Source: Squalus acanthias (lineage: Eukaryota). From it: a stretch of 64,000 bases of DNA. The notes under the pieces are model-generated. The model was not told the origin of the DNA, ran no database searches, and was given only the letters and a program-made list of their open reading frames with translations. Of this stretch, positions 38,551 through 51,463 are shown piece after piece (position 1 is the first letter of the stretch; the number at the start of each line of letters is the position of its first letter). The stretch spans positions 115,818,001-115,882,000 of the forward strand of contig CM059431.1 of assembly GCA_030390025.1 (NCBI GenBank), written 5' to 3'. A program made the translations under genes and the position numbers.

Positions 38551-41500
38551 AGATTTTCCGCTGATCGTCTGCCGAAATTACGGTGGACAATTGGGAGAAA
38601 TCCCCAACCCCCTTCATGGAAATTCTATTCTGCTAAGAATAAAAATGTTAAAAACACAGTGTTTCTGTGCAATATTTGCAATGCTACAGTGAGCGCATAC
38701 CTTTTCCTGGTGACTTCATGACTTGAATCAGCAAGCAGTTTAAGATGTTATGAGCACTGCTTAGACACTCGATGGTAAATTCATCAATCCTGTGCTTCCA
38801 GCGAGGAACCACACTCAAAGAGCATAGGTGGAAGAATTAGAGCTACAGGGTAGTACTCCTATCTCTGCCCTATGCTCCCTTCAAGCAAGATCCCTTCTGG
38901 GGGCATGGATCAGTGTACTTATGCTTCAATGCAAATAAAAATCAGGAGATTGGCTTAAAATGTGGGCGAGCAGATATCGCGCGTCTAAAAGTCAAAATTG
39001 CCCCCCCGCCAGGTCTGAACACGATACTAGCAGTAATGCTGATATTCTGCTGAGACTGATTGTAATGTACAGATGCAGTTAACCCTGCTGAACATGGAGC
39101 ATGCAATAAGCCACACAGGGATTATGGGCTTGTCCCTTCTCACCTCGGTACAAATTTTCAAGCAAGTAACCAGGGCCAACTTTGAGAGACATCAGTTGCC
39201 GTTGTCTCCGACATATTGAAAACAAGTGAGTTTGATTATTCTTTGTTTTGGTTTGTAATTGTTTTCGAACTTTACTACAGCTCCAGAAGTGCTGCACCAA
39301 AATCTAACATCAACGTATCAAGTGCACTAACCAAATTATCAAGGAAAAAAGTGCATCTTATCTGCCACACACGATGAAAAAGTGAATGTTAAAATATCCT
39401 GACAATGTGCACAAAAAATATTCCAGTTGAAACGACACAGACCTAGGCAACTTGCAGTTAGCAAGAGTTTTATATTCGAACAACAATGACCTTTATGCAG
39501 GATTTTCCGTGTTTCAGCGGACCAAGTTCTCGCTGTCTATTATCGGAAACAGCCCGAATTCAACCACAAAAGAGAACAATACCAACTTTACAGCCACATG
39601 ACTGTTTCTTTGTAGCTTTAACCTGGTATTTGTACTGTTTTTTTTCTCTTCTATTCATAATCTCAGGACCACCAGCAAGCTGAGTGCAACCTTTGACCTT
39701 CATTAGCTGCATTTATAAGAAGCCTTCCTCAGTACCAGTCCCTCCTGCCCAATTCTGTATCACGTCATGGGTTAAGTACTTTAGAAAATGGGTGATTTTC
39801 AGCAGTAGATTATCTATTCAAAGCCACTTGTTTTTTCCCCCCTTTTTTGTCCTTTTCTTTGCCATTTAGATAAAAGATGGAGAATAACAAAAAGAATTTA
39901 AGCAAAGTCAACGTAATCAGCTTGAATTCCCTTTAATTCAGAAATTCAGGAGTTAAGTCTTACAGTTCGTGCTCTGACCTGCCTGTGCTTAGTCCAAATG
40001 AGAACCAAGTGTGGAGAAGGGGGGAAAAAAAGAAAACAAAGGCCAATGAGAATACTCTTTGTGGTGTTTTGTAGCCTCTGGGAAAGGAAAGCAATGTGCT
40101 TTCAGAAAGACAAGATTAGTACCTTCCCTCAGGCACGTCATATGGAGAAACTTTTCTATGGGTGCAGTATAATAGTTATCATCTGGAGAACAAGGAAAGG
40201 CTGCTTGATAAGATTAATTTAGTAAAGTTCCTCACAGGGTTTGCTCATCATTGGCTGCGCTCATTAGAATACAGAGGCTAATGATATAAAGATGGTAACG
40301 ACCAGTAAGCATTTCAGGTTCTCAAGATATAACTGTTCCCAGCAAATGATTTACAAGTTAAACCTTTGGTGTTTTTTCCCCCCCCAAAACAATGAAGAAA
40401 AATTCATTAAAAATGCAGACTAAAGTTTGATACATAAACCATGACATGACATAACATTAGCTACCTTTAAAGGAAGTCTATGTGAAATGGCATTGTACAT
40501 GTAGGTATTAGTTTAGAAATACAGACGTGCCAGGATTATTAATGGCAAATATAGCCTCAAATTATATCAGCTCCAGTAACACCAGATGCCACAGGTACTC
40601 ATTTTTCACATAATATCCCTTCTGAATGATGTGACTTATGTGTCACAGGGTGTATGCAAGGAGCTTCCTGGATTCCTCACTGAAAACTGTGTTGTTGCTT
40701 TCCCAAACGCCTGTTGATGGAAGGGGGTGGGAGGGGGGAGGGGGGGGGGGGGGCGGCGGTAGGCTTAAGGCCCATGTATTTAGGACTATGCCTTAGATGA
40801 GTTGTGTATGTAAGGCAGATAAGAACGCCTAGTCCCCTCAGGGTCAGGCCTACTGAAGATGAGTTGGAGGCTGGTGTGAAATTCTATAGGCCCTCTCTCA
40901 CCCGTGGCAGGTGTGGTTGCTTCAGGAGATTGTAATTTATTCTGGAATATATTGTATTTGGGTTCAAATAGAAGATGAATCCCTTCTCCATGGGATGCAT
41001 AGCTTACCATATATCCAGTAGGCCCTGATTATTGTATCATTCCAAGATTACTCAGAATCGCCCTGGGCATCCTTTGTCAACTGGGAACCTACTTCACTGG
41101 AAGTGAAAGGCAGAATTTGGGTCTCCCTCCATAATTGCCATGTCTTTTACGTAGGTTGCGAGGAAGAGCACTGCAGGGTAGGGTATGTAAGTAAGTCAAT
41201 ATTTGGAGTGTAGCTGCTAAACATTGTAATAAGCTCTCCTGCTATTTGCCTTTTTATTGGGATGGAGTAGCAATCCTCGCTTGGGATGGTCATCTTCAGT
41301 ATGATGGGGGTGAAGGGGGCGGGGGATGTTAGCTGCTGATCAGTATTCTCACACCTCATTTAGAATGATCAGAAGGCAGGTTTGGGACCTCACACACAAT
41401 GGGTCGCTGATCTGAAAATTGTGGGCGCACTGCTGCCAAGTGTCCACCCATTAATGTCTATGGATGGAAAGTCATGGGCAGTGCTGTTAGAAATCAGGGG

Positions 41501-41590
41501 TACCTAAAATACATATGGTTACGCAAATGAAATTGTGACGCGGATAATACTGTGTTTAGATGATTGTATTCGAGCTTGAGATAAAATGAC

Positions 41591-41725
41591 TTCTGACGAA
41601 AGGTCATCGACCTGAAACGTTAACTCTGTTTCTCTCTTCACAGATGCTGCCTGACCTGCTGAGTGTCTCCAGCATTTTCTGCTTTTATTTCAGATTTCCA
41701 GCATCTGCAGTATTTTCTTTTTGTC
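41591..41725 (+). mobile_element. Penelope-like terminal fragment with intact hammerhead core
   Basis: CTGACGA-A-AGGTC-ATC-GACCT-GAAACGTTAAC, followed by the shared CACAGATGCTGCCTGACCTGCTGAG tail. Confidence 0.7.
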
Positions 41726-42163
41726 TTCAGACTAGTATTAGAGTAGCTGGATAGATGCTTAAAATTTGCCTATGTTTTTGGTTCCCTGTGGATGTTATAA
41801 CATTCCACACAGTGGCAGTCACATATGACCTTGCTTCCCAGGCTAGCTGTCTGCTGTTTGTGTGCTAGAAAGGCTGCTGACTATATATTTAATTTGGCCA
41901 ACCAAGGCCCAACGCCTATGTTTCTTCCATTACCGCTAATAACCATATTATAATGCTAAGTTAGGATTTTGACTCTGTTGAACACAACTGCTTGCTAAGA
42001 TGTGTAAGTTTACCAGTGTGTGAGAATAGAATAGAGGGTATCTTTGGGAATTTAATGATACATTCCATGGAACAATAGTCTGATAATGGATTGAAATAGT
42101 TAGTTTGCACTGCTAGCTGCATGAACAGCATAAATAACTGATAACAAGCAGCTACAAACAATC

Positions 42164-42619
42164 TGAAGGTCGAGCTTGGTATGCCTCAGAGATGCTGACT
42201 CTAACTCAGGAGGACAGGGCCGAATGAGATAAGGGGAAAACAGTCCTCAGCATACCGTAAGGCTATGATATTCTACCCCAGGTCCACCCCTAAAAAGAGT
42301 ATAAAAGAAAGACCTGAAAAGCCTTCAGCACAGACGGTGGAGTGGAGAGTTCCTGAGAGTGGATCCATGCTGACTCTGGTCTAACACTCTTGGGCAGTTC
42401 AAGAAGAGAGAGAGAGACACGTGAGACGAGAAGGAGAGCTGTTTGCGCACGCCAGCCGTCTGTCCGATCGGGGCCGGTACTCGCTACTTATCACGGTCGT
42501 ATGTTTTTGCTGTATAACTAGTGTGTTATATTCCACCATAATTAAACACAATATACCCACCATATTGGTTGCAGTCGATCCTGATTATTCGAAAGGCCAG
42601 AGATAAGTTAATCTCTACA
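42164..42619 (+). mobile_element. Probable solo LTR
   Basis: TGAAG...CTACA ends, TATAAAA at 42300, ATTAAA at 42541, and higher CpG content than the flanks. No clean TSD. Confidence 0.5.
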
Positions 42620-45241
42620 GTGCATCTGCCATTTTCCAATAAGCCACCTGCTGTGTGAAATGCCCCACTGGTGGCTTGAGGCCTTGGAAAATTCCACCCA
42701 ATGCATTTTAAGGTAGACAGCATATTTTGTTTTAAAATCAAGTTGCTTTAGGTTCCTTCCTCATTTTTTGAAGGGGGTAGGTTATCAAGTAAGTTCGGAG
42801 TACTTTTGCCATATATTTTTTGGATGAAGATCAAAGGAAAAAAAGTGTTCAGGGCAGCCTTAGGGAGGGAAAGAGCAGTTGGAACAGCCTAAGGGAAGAA
42901 ATGATAGTTTCAGGGAAGGAACCAACATGAGTTGGTGTGCCATTGATTAGTACTTTAGGGCACTCAAACTCTGAGTGCATTCTTTCATCTGAGTTTTAGC
43001 ATAGCAGCTGACATACCACAACATTTTGTAAACTTAAAGAGATAGGGCTTGTTTTTTTATCCACTTACTATGAAGGTAGGAAATAGTATTATGCATAGTA
43101 TTTAGCTTATAAAGGAATATCCCCTTTTTTAGGTGGCAGAAGGTATGCCTTTTCCTGTTTTCAAAGCAATATACTTTCCTTTTATTTCTCCCACAGAAAG
43201 ATTTAAAATGTCCTACCTGTTGTTGGAAATATTAGAATATTGTATCAATCTATTGCACACCCTAGAGGACCAGACATTTTGATTTGGATCTGACTTACAC
43301 TTAGCTAACATCAGGAACAAGTTCAGTCAGCGCGTGTATACAAGAAAGGAGATCTGTATCCTACTATAGCTACTTTGTAGAGTTTTTTTTCTTTCTTGAC
43401 CACTTTGGAACGAGCATCTGTCAAGTGTGAGAATAATCCATGGGCGATTCTTACTCCAGTTTTCCCGCCTTCATTTAGAGAAGTACCTAGCACAACATTA
43501 GGACCCCAATGTGTAGTGGGTTGTAAGTGGGAACTTCTGAATGGTGCTTCAATATATTGCACCACACTGCCTTCATGAGCCTTCACGTGTCTTCACTGCA
43601 TTTACAGTCATAGAATCATAGAATGGTTTCAGCACAGAAGGAGGCCATTCGGCCCATCGAGCCCATCTAATCAGAAATACATTTAATAGGCAAGACAGAA
43701 GTGAAGATGATTATATGGATAAATTTATCATGCCACTTGCATTGATGAGGCTACTTTATGTATTTCACGGTCTCCTCCTATGTAAACAATATACTTTGCA
43801 CCCTGTCAATTTGATGGCCCTAACCTCCGGTCATCTTAGATATCAGACATAATAGCTACCACAGCTATTGTGAACTTATCTCTGAGTCAAAAGATTTCCA
43901 CTTAAGTCAAATGTTGGCCCTGAACAGGTGTGCGGAAATTCCTCAATTGCACTCCTGACATCCGACTACATTGGAGTAAGATTTGTGCCGCACTGGCAGA
44001 CTTAGTGCCAGACCCTGCCAGGGTATTCAGAGTAAGGGCAAGGTCAGAGAAGTATAATAAGCCAGGTGCCAGTACGGGCACATCTTGGGTGCCCACAGGA
44101 AGGGGGCACTAAATGCGGCACTTGACAGCTGTTCGGAAGAGTTACTGGGAGGTCCGGCTAAAGAGGCCCAAAAACTCTGGAAATCAGCTCCCTTTATAAG
44201 CGGGCTGATTTCATTGTGCCAAGCTATAATCTTCTGAGGTTCTTCAGGCCAAGACCTAGACTGGGAACACACCTATGTGTTACGCTTATCCCTTCCATTG
44301 ACCTAGATTCTGATATCTTTCTGGCATTTAGATAACTTGGGGCAAAGGAAGTAGGAGCAGTGGGAATTCCAGTGGAGACAATGCTGGAGACCTGGTGTTT
44401 CTGGGTCCCATACAATTTCCCACCCCCACTTATGCTGTCCTTCCCCTTTTACACCAGAACTGCACACCAGGTCCCAAGGAAATTCAGGACCAGGATGTTG
44501 ACTATGCGAACACGCAGAGATGTTGGTATTTTGCTCAAACGAGGAAGTCTTTGACATGGATGTCTCTATTCTGTTCAACCTGTCTTAGTGTGCATGAAGG
44601 CTGTAATATTGTGCATATAGCGCTGGTATTACACTCCCCTCAGCTTAATCAGGTCTCCAGCATAAAGATCCAAACATATGAATTCCTGCTGGAGCAGGGG
44701 TGAGCAGAAGGTCTATCTGCCCCACTGAAGATCTGAAATTAAGATGGAGGCAGGGCTTTCAGGAAGACGCGACCCACTGGAATTCCCACTGCTTCCACCT
44801 CCTTTTCCCCAAGTGATCTAGACCCCAGAAAGATACTCAATCTATTTTGGGCTTGGGTATAGACATTTCCAACTCCTTATCAGTCTTCCTATGGTACCTT
44901 CAACTGGCAGCCGCTCTACCTCCTTAAAGCTCTGTGAATGCTCCTATGCTGGCTACTCACTAGGCTGTGGCGATTTAGGTGTCTCTGTCTCTGTACTGGT
45001 CGAATTTATTCTCTGGAGAGAAGACAAAATTAGAAAATATTTGGTTACTGTACATGTGCAGTATGCAGTTTTGTAAACAAGCTTTCCAGCACACATCTGG
45101 TGAGGTTATGAACGTAGTGCAAGAGCACCTCCAAGGAAATGCCAGGCTAATATCATCAATAAAGAAGGCCACTTCTTATTGCAGAATATATTTCCTTTCC
45201 AGAAAACTGCATTGGAAAGCATAAGACGAGAAAGACATTTG

Positions 45242-45410
45242 GGGGTAGATTTTTCACTTAATGCCCGGGCATAAAACTGGCGTTGCGGATCGGCCACCAG
45301 TTATAGAAACATCCGATTTTCACTCCCATTGAACTCTGGCAGTTTCTATATTGGGCAGGCAATCTTCAATGCCAGTTTTATACCTGAGTGGTAAGTTAAA
45401 AATCTACTCC
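45242..45410. mobile_element. Palindromic MITE (169 bp)
   Basis: TIR GGGGTAGATTTTT / AAAAATCTACTCC with a TTG TSD. Internal inverted pairs TAAAACTGGC/GCCAGTTTTA and TATAGAAAC/GTTTCTATA. Confidence 0.85.
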
Positions 45411-45439
45411 TTGCTGCATTCACTGGCAGATGAATTTAG

Positions 45440-45807
45440 TTTGGCTTTAGCACCCCACTTCCAGATCTTCTAGTCAACGCGACAACAGCTTCTTCAGGTT
45501 CTGTGGACACCGATCTCCTGTGACCAACCACCTGTAGACTTATATATCTGTCAGTCAAAAGCAAGATTTTGATTAATTTCTTCTTGAAGTCATGAAACCT
45601 ATTTCATACCTCCTGCCACTTTCTATGGACTATGGCATTGACCCAACTGATTCTCCAGGACTTCTTGTTTGGTCATGGATTGGAGAGTGGCATTGCTCCA
45701 CAGCTGAATATTGTTTCACTCCTGCTCAGTGACTCTTGCTCAATCAATGATACACATCTTTCTGGTCAGTTTTTGAATTTTGCCTCGAAAGCATCTGCTC
45801 AGCGCAT
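45440..45807 (-). pseudogene. Ancient degenerate Myb/SANT (MSANTD/NAIF1-like) remnant
   Basis: Hand translation: ...ETIFS...KKSWRISWVNAIVHRKWQEV*NRFHDFKKKLIKNLA...KSTGG, with several stops. Confidence 0.55.
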
Positions 45808-46011
45808 GCTTTTTATAAGTATTGGCAGGATCATTTCCTGCACGTTAAGGTACAAAACTGTGGTAATTGTTGTATTTGTTTCAAAACCATTTGCTAAAAT
45901 GGTGGGCCGCATTGAAGTACTGAGAGGAAAGTTAAGAGTCCCACCTGCTCACAAATATTTTGCATTTGATGACAAACAATTCAGTTGGAGGACCAAATTT
46001 CCGTTATGTGA

Positions 46012-46378
46012 AATCTACAAGATGTATCATCTGCAAGATTCATTGCAGCAACTCGCCAAGGCTTCTTCAACAACACCTCCCAAACCCCGCGACCTCTAAC
46101 ACCTAGAAGGACAAGGGCAGCAAGCACATGGGAACACCACCACCTCCAAGTTACCCTCCCAGTCACATACGATCCTGACTTGGAAATATATCGCCATTCC
46201 TTCATCGCCACTGGGTCAAAATCCTGGAACTCCCTCCCTAACAGCACTGTGGGAGTACCTTCACCACACGGACTGCAGCGGTCAAGAAGGCAGCTCACCA
46301 CCACCTTCTCAAGGGCATTTAGGGATGGGCAATAAATGCTGGCCTTGCCAGCGACGCCCAGGTACAAATAAAAAAAAT
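46012..46378 (+). mobile_element. CR1/Jockey-group LINE 3' end
   Basis: Close reverse-complement match to about 4645-5000, ending in an A tail. Confidence 0.85.
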
Positions 46379-47377
46379 CACCCCCAGTCTGACTTTAGCT
46401 GTTTTTGTTGATTCAAAGCTTGCACAGTGTCCCATCTGAACTCTCTCTACCATCGGGGGACACTGTTCTTGAATGCTGAGCACAGCCTTTCTATCATTTG
46501 CTTGATTGTAATGTAGAATTGTAAGATGTATAGAGCAGTGATGACTGTCAGTGATGTTATCGTACAGCCATTTAATGCACTCACACCATATTCCTCTCTT
46601 TGCTATTTTAGTGGAGGCATTAATGCGTTTAAAGTCATCACTGTTGAAATATTGGAGAAATTAATTTCATAGGAGATCATTAACCATCCATGCAATAACA
46701 CTGTTGACAGTAATTTCACCTTTGTATGCTTTAGTTGATGAAATAAAGTAAGCCTGTTCTGCTGCTGTAGGCACATGAAGCATGCCTGTAGTGTCTTGTT
46801 TTACCTGTTGTTTTACTTTAATAAATCCCTTGTGTCACAAAAATAAAATCATATGGTCCAATAACTAGCCCCTATTTGTACAACACATGTGGTGCACTCC
46901 AGCTGGTGGTTTAATGCGTGCACATTTTCACTGCTGGACTGATGAGATTGTAACATCAAAGCTAATTATTGCAGCCAGGTGGTTCTGTGGCCGAGAGAGT
47001 TGGACTGGGTCACAGTGCGGTTCTATCTCAAGGAGCCAACATTTTTTTTCCATTATAAATGCTGTGTGTGAAGTTGTATCAGCAAGCATTTACTATTTGA
47101 GGGCGGTTGATGTTTTACCAGGAACCTCAACCATACCAGTGACAATGCTTTCTGTGCATTCTTTCACTTGTACAAATTTCCATCATAGTATCAAGTTTGG
47201 ATTATTTAGGCCATTACATGGCATCACTAACTATCCAGCACAGATTGATGGGGCGAAAGCAAGGCAGAGATGCTGACTTACTGTATTTGGTACAAAGACT
47301 GAGTCATTTATTAAAATCAGGCTGTTCTCATTTTATTAGTTTCTCTTCGTTTTAGTGATATCTGCTTAAACGCTATG

Positions 47378-47550
47378 GGGTTTAGTTTCCGCAGGAGTTC
47401 TGTCAATCATCCCCCGTAACTTCGGCAAATGATCCGTGGAGGCCCTATAGAAATGGCATATATGTTTACGTTGTTTCGCCGGGGTTTCAGCCGACCTTCC
47501 CCTAAAGCGATGGTGGACGAGCGGGAGAACCCCTACAGAAATTCAACTAT
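47378..47550. mobile_element. Old palindromic MITE
   Basis: Inverted arms TTTCCGCAGGAGTTCT / AGAACCCCTACAGAAA. Related to the flanks of 37839-38550. Confidence 0.5.
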
Positions 47551-47949
47551 ATCAAAGTTTCGCCCTTTAACATTGTTAAACCCAAATCTATAAAGGAGGA
47601 TACATCCGGGCAGAAATGACACTATCCTTCTGCAGTCCTGCCATTCTACAGCATGTAAACAAATCAGATTATTAGCTTTTTACAAGCAAGATTCTGTAGA
47701 AAATCTAATGATACATTTGTGCAAACATGTTACCCTTCCCAGAGTTCACTGCATAGATAAGAAACCATTGCACCCCGAGCGACAAAATATGTAACATTAG
47801 CTAGGGGTAGAATTCACCTTTAACAAAAGACATTCGAATGCCTGCTTTGCACCTGTAATAACATCTTCAATGAATTTACATTCCAGAAACCACCTGTTTA
47901 AAAGCCTTGCAATTTTGATGGTCTTTTCTCATTCTAGTTTTCAGTTTGG

Positions 47950-48450
47950 GATAGTTGTGATTTTTGTGGGTGTGAATGGTCTCCATGAAGCCAATGTCAC
48001 AGTCAGTCATCCAGTTCAACGAATTAAGCAACACATGACCCGTTCATAATGAATGAATCGCATGAATTTAGCATTCACTGGGGGAATGATTTCCTCAGCA
48101 TTGCAAAACACCTGCTTGTTGAAGGAAGAGAAGTATTCACAGTTGACGTGTGTCATCAGGTTGACTAGTGTTCGTATTTCCATTTGGGTATCTTCTCCAA
48201 TAATCAGGACTCCACCATCCAGTGTACAACTGTTGTCGTCGGTGCTGCTATCTACCAGGATTCTTGGAATAACTGAAGAATCTGCCAGTCTTCAAAGTAA
48301 TGTATGAAGTAGTGCAGAGTAGTGAGCGCATCAAGCATCTGTTGAATGAAGAGGGACATGGCGCTTTGATTAATGCCAACTAATTCACCTCCTGACACCT
48401 GAACAAAACCTATAGGCAGAACAGTTGGGAGTCAGTGATGAATCCCTCTA
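47950..48450 (-). pseudogene. Ancient Harbinger transposase fossil
   Basis: Hand translation gives GINQSAMSLFIQQMLDAL..YFIHY, HVNCEYFSSFNKQVFCNAEEIIPPVNAKF and HWLHGDHSHP. These are collinear with [27 protein letters not shown] and WLLGDKGYP. Confidence 0.7.
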
Positions 48451-48867
48451 AATCAGGTGCAATTTATTGGTCCAGATCAGTCATTCTCCTTGTTAAGCCA
48501 AAATTGTCTCCGCATTGCCGCCAATGACACATGTGGGCAATTTTTTTCAGGTCTGTAGATATTTCTCGAGTAGAAATGCAGAATTCTGCCTTTCCTCCTC
48601 CCTTCACTTGGACACATAATTCGTTCCTCTTCATTCTTCTCTGACTGGTGCATTCCAGTCACACATGCTGTTTTGCCATTTATTGTGTCAGGACCATAGC
48701 AGTGTCTTCCTGGCGAGTAAATGTTACACATGCAACATTAGCCTTTTTTTGAAAGTTGACTGGATCTGCTATCATTGGATTGGCTCGATCGGAATTCTTA
48801 GTTTACTGGCGGAAACCATCTAATGTTACATTTAACCCATATTTGAAAATATAACAGTGAAAAAAAA

Positions 48868-48990
48868 TTACAGGGCTATGGGGAAAGAGCAGGGAAGTGG
48901 GACTAATTGGATAGCTCTACCAAAGAGCCGGCACAGGCACGATGGGCCGAATGTCCTTCTTCTGCGCTGTATCATTCTATGATTCTCTGA
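48868..48990 (+). mobile_element. CR1 3'UTR fragment
   Basis: TACAGGGCTATGGGGAAAGAGCAGGG...GATGGGCCGAATG...ATTCTATGATTCT. Confidence 0.8.
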
Positions 48991-51372
48991 TTAACAATGT
49001 GCACTTTTCTTTTCCGCCAACTTTCTCTGGCAATTTTTCACTTGTTCTCTTCTGAAGGTATCCATATCTAGGTATGGTTCCACAGGCACCAGACACCCAT
49101 TGGTACCTCATTCAAGTGACCATTACTTATAGTGATGGTAGCAGGATATTCAACTGCAGGCAGATTTGATCCTGTCTTCTCCTGATATCCACAAACGCTT
49201 CCAGCAGGGTTTACTGGACAGCAGCTTGAATGGGAATACTAGTCAATTTCCCCCTCCCGAACCTGAGGGCTACTGAAGCCAACTTCAACAGGGGCCAACT
49301 AAATCAGCACAGACTAGGGGTTACACCTGGGACCTTCCTGACCTGTGCAGCTCAGTTACTCATTGGGTGAGTTTGTAGATGTACTTTTAAGGGAAATTGG
49401 CTTTTTCCTGATTGTGCTAAGTAAGCATAAAAATGACCAACAACCTAAAAATAGCCCCCAGTAATGCCTACATACTACAATACAACAAAAGTGAAAAACA
49501 TTTGGTACAAAACAAATGGCACTGGTAATTAAGTAGACACGCCATCTGGATGTGGTTAGGTTGGCTCTGAAATTGGCTGCATTCTGACCTTTGACATAAC
49601 CCACTTGGAATACCAAACTGTGGCTGTTATCAAGCAGACCCACCTCACTCTTGTTTAACCCCAGTGGCATGTGGTAGTATAACTTTCCAGCAGGCTCCAC
49701 ATTGTATCACAATGGCTCGAACTGCGATTTACCCCTGCTCGGGCCAGCTATATTTCCTTCCTGCTATACGCTACTGTTTTTCCACTGTTATCAAGTTAAA
49801 AAAAAATAAGATTATTTGCCTTTTTGGACACGTGTGTACGCTTATGGCTAAAAAGTGTTGTTAAAAAAAAAACTGCTCTATTGCCTGTATCCAGTGGTAG
49901 ATCTCCATAAATATTGCAGCCAGTCTTCATATAATTGAGGCATGAAAATGCCAGCTCCAAATGCAATCTTGCCAAGTGAACGAGACTCTGATAATCCAAA
50001 CCAAAGATCTCATTTAAATTAGGTACAGAGGAACTGTATTTCTTAAATGTAGAACGGTTAATGCAAACTCTCTTTCTTCTGTGGGCTGTTAACTTATTCT
50101 ATGGAATTTAGAAGTGAAATCTATTTTCATTCTGTTGTTTTTTAATGTATGGTGCCTCTCTCTGCTTTACTTTGCCAAATTTCCAAATGCTGAAAAGGAA
50201 TCTGGGTGGGAATTAAGCCAATTCTATTTGCTTTAACTACCACGTTCTAAAATTCTCTGCCATATTTAGCGTGACCCACTATTCAAGTCAAAGCAGTATA
50301 AACCATTATAAAATATTGATGCATTAATCACTCTTACTGAGCAAAACCAGCAACAGACTGTCACAAATTGGACATCACTCAATGGACTAACCAGCAACTG
50401 GAACTCTCCCCATTTAACCAGCAGTGATTCAGACCCTCCTGTTTGACCATGAAGGATTGGACACGGCTCCAATAAATAAATGTATACTATCAACTGAACC
50501 ATGAGGGGTTAGCTATCCCTACTGATTATCCAGCGATCACCCACTCCCGTAATACTGGCACACCTACTACATCAAGGAAATTAATATTTATCACCTGACA
50601 ATCAGGGCTCTGTGCCTTTAAGAAAAAAAATTGTCATACCTGCACTTGTTACAGTCAGTCCAACTACTGATGACAGCTGGTTGTCCATCATGTCATCATG
50701 AAGCTAATGGGAGGACATCCACAATGATGGGAGGGGGAGACAAAACGTATTTGTTGACTTGCGTGTTTGAAGGGCAGGCTGATCCAAAGTGATAGTTTGT
50801 ACAAATTCAGGGTATTTGCAAATTCACCTGAAACAGTCTAATTTCATCTTAGTTTGGTCTGTCATTCAAAGTAACACACTTTCCTTGTACTTCAGGAAAT
50901 TATGTAACTTTGAAACTGGAAACTGTGGACTATACTTTGATCAGCTGAAATCGTCACTGAATGGTAGGATATTCGGACATTTCAAAATATCTGGAGGCAA
51001 GGGAATCCTCTAGTGGTGCAAATTGACAACTACATGTCGACTGACTCATTCTTGTTGGTTGGAGTATTCAAGAGGTTTATACATAGTGTTATATATAAAA
51101 TGTTATAATCATGACCAGTAATGTAGAAACTTTAAGAAGTTGAACTTATCATAGCTTGGGACAATGATGCTAATAACATTCTGTTACTGCCTACAAATAA
51201 TTCTATTTTGAATTTTTATCTTTTTCACACATTCAGCGGAAGTTTCAACTTCTGTGAGGGTGTAAAACGGGCAATATTGGATCGGCTGCCTATTATACAC
51301 CCTGCCTGATTTTCCTTTCCCTTGAGTTCTAAAGGTTACCGAATAATGTTACCCTCTTGAGTTTAACATTGA

Positions 51373-51463
51373 GGCCTAGAAATTTGTCTCGGGCAGTTCA
51401 CAAGATGGGCGGTATCGGATCGTCCGCCCGTTATAGACAGCGGTCGAGGTGAATATCTAGGCC
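51373..51463. mobile_element. 91-bp mini-MITE
   Basis: TIR GGCCTAGA / TCTAGGCC with a TGA TSD, and an internal GGGCGG..CCGCCC hairpin. Confidence 0.7.
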
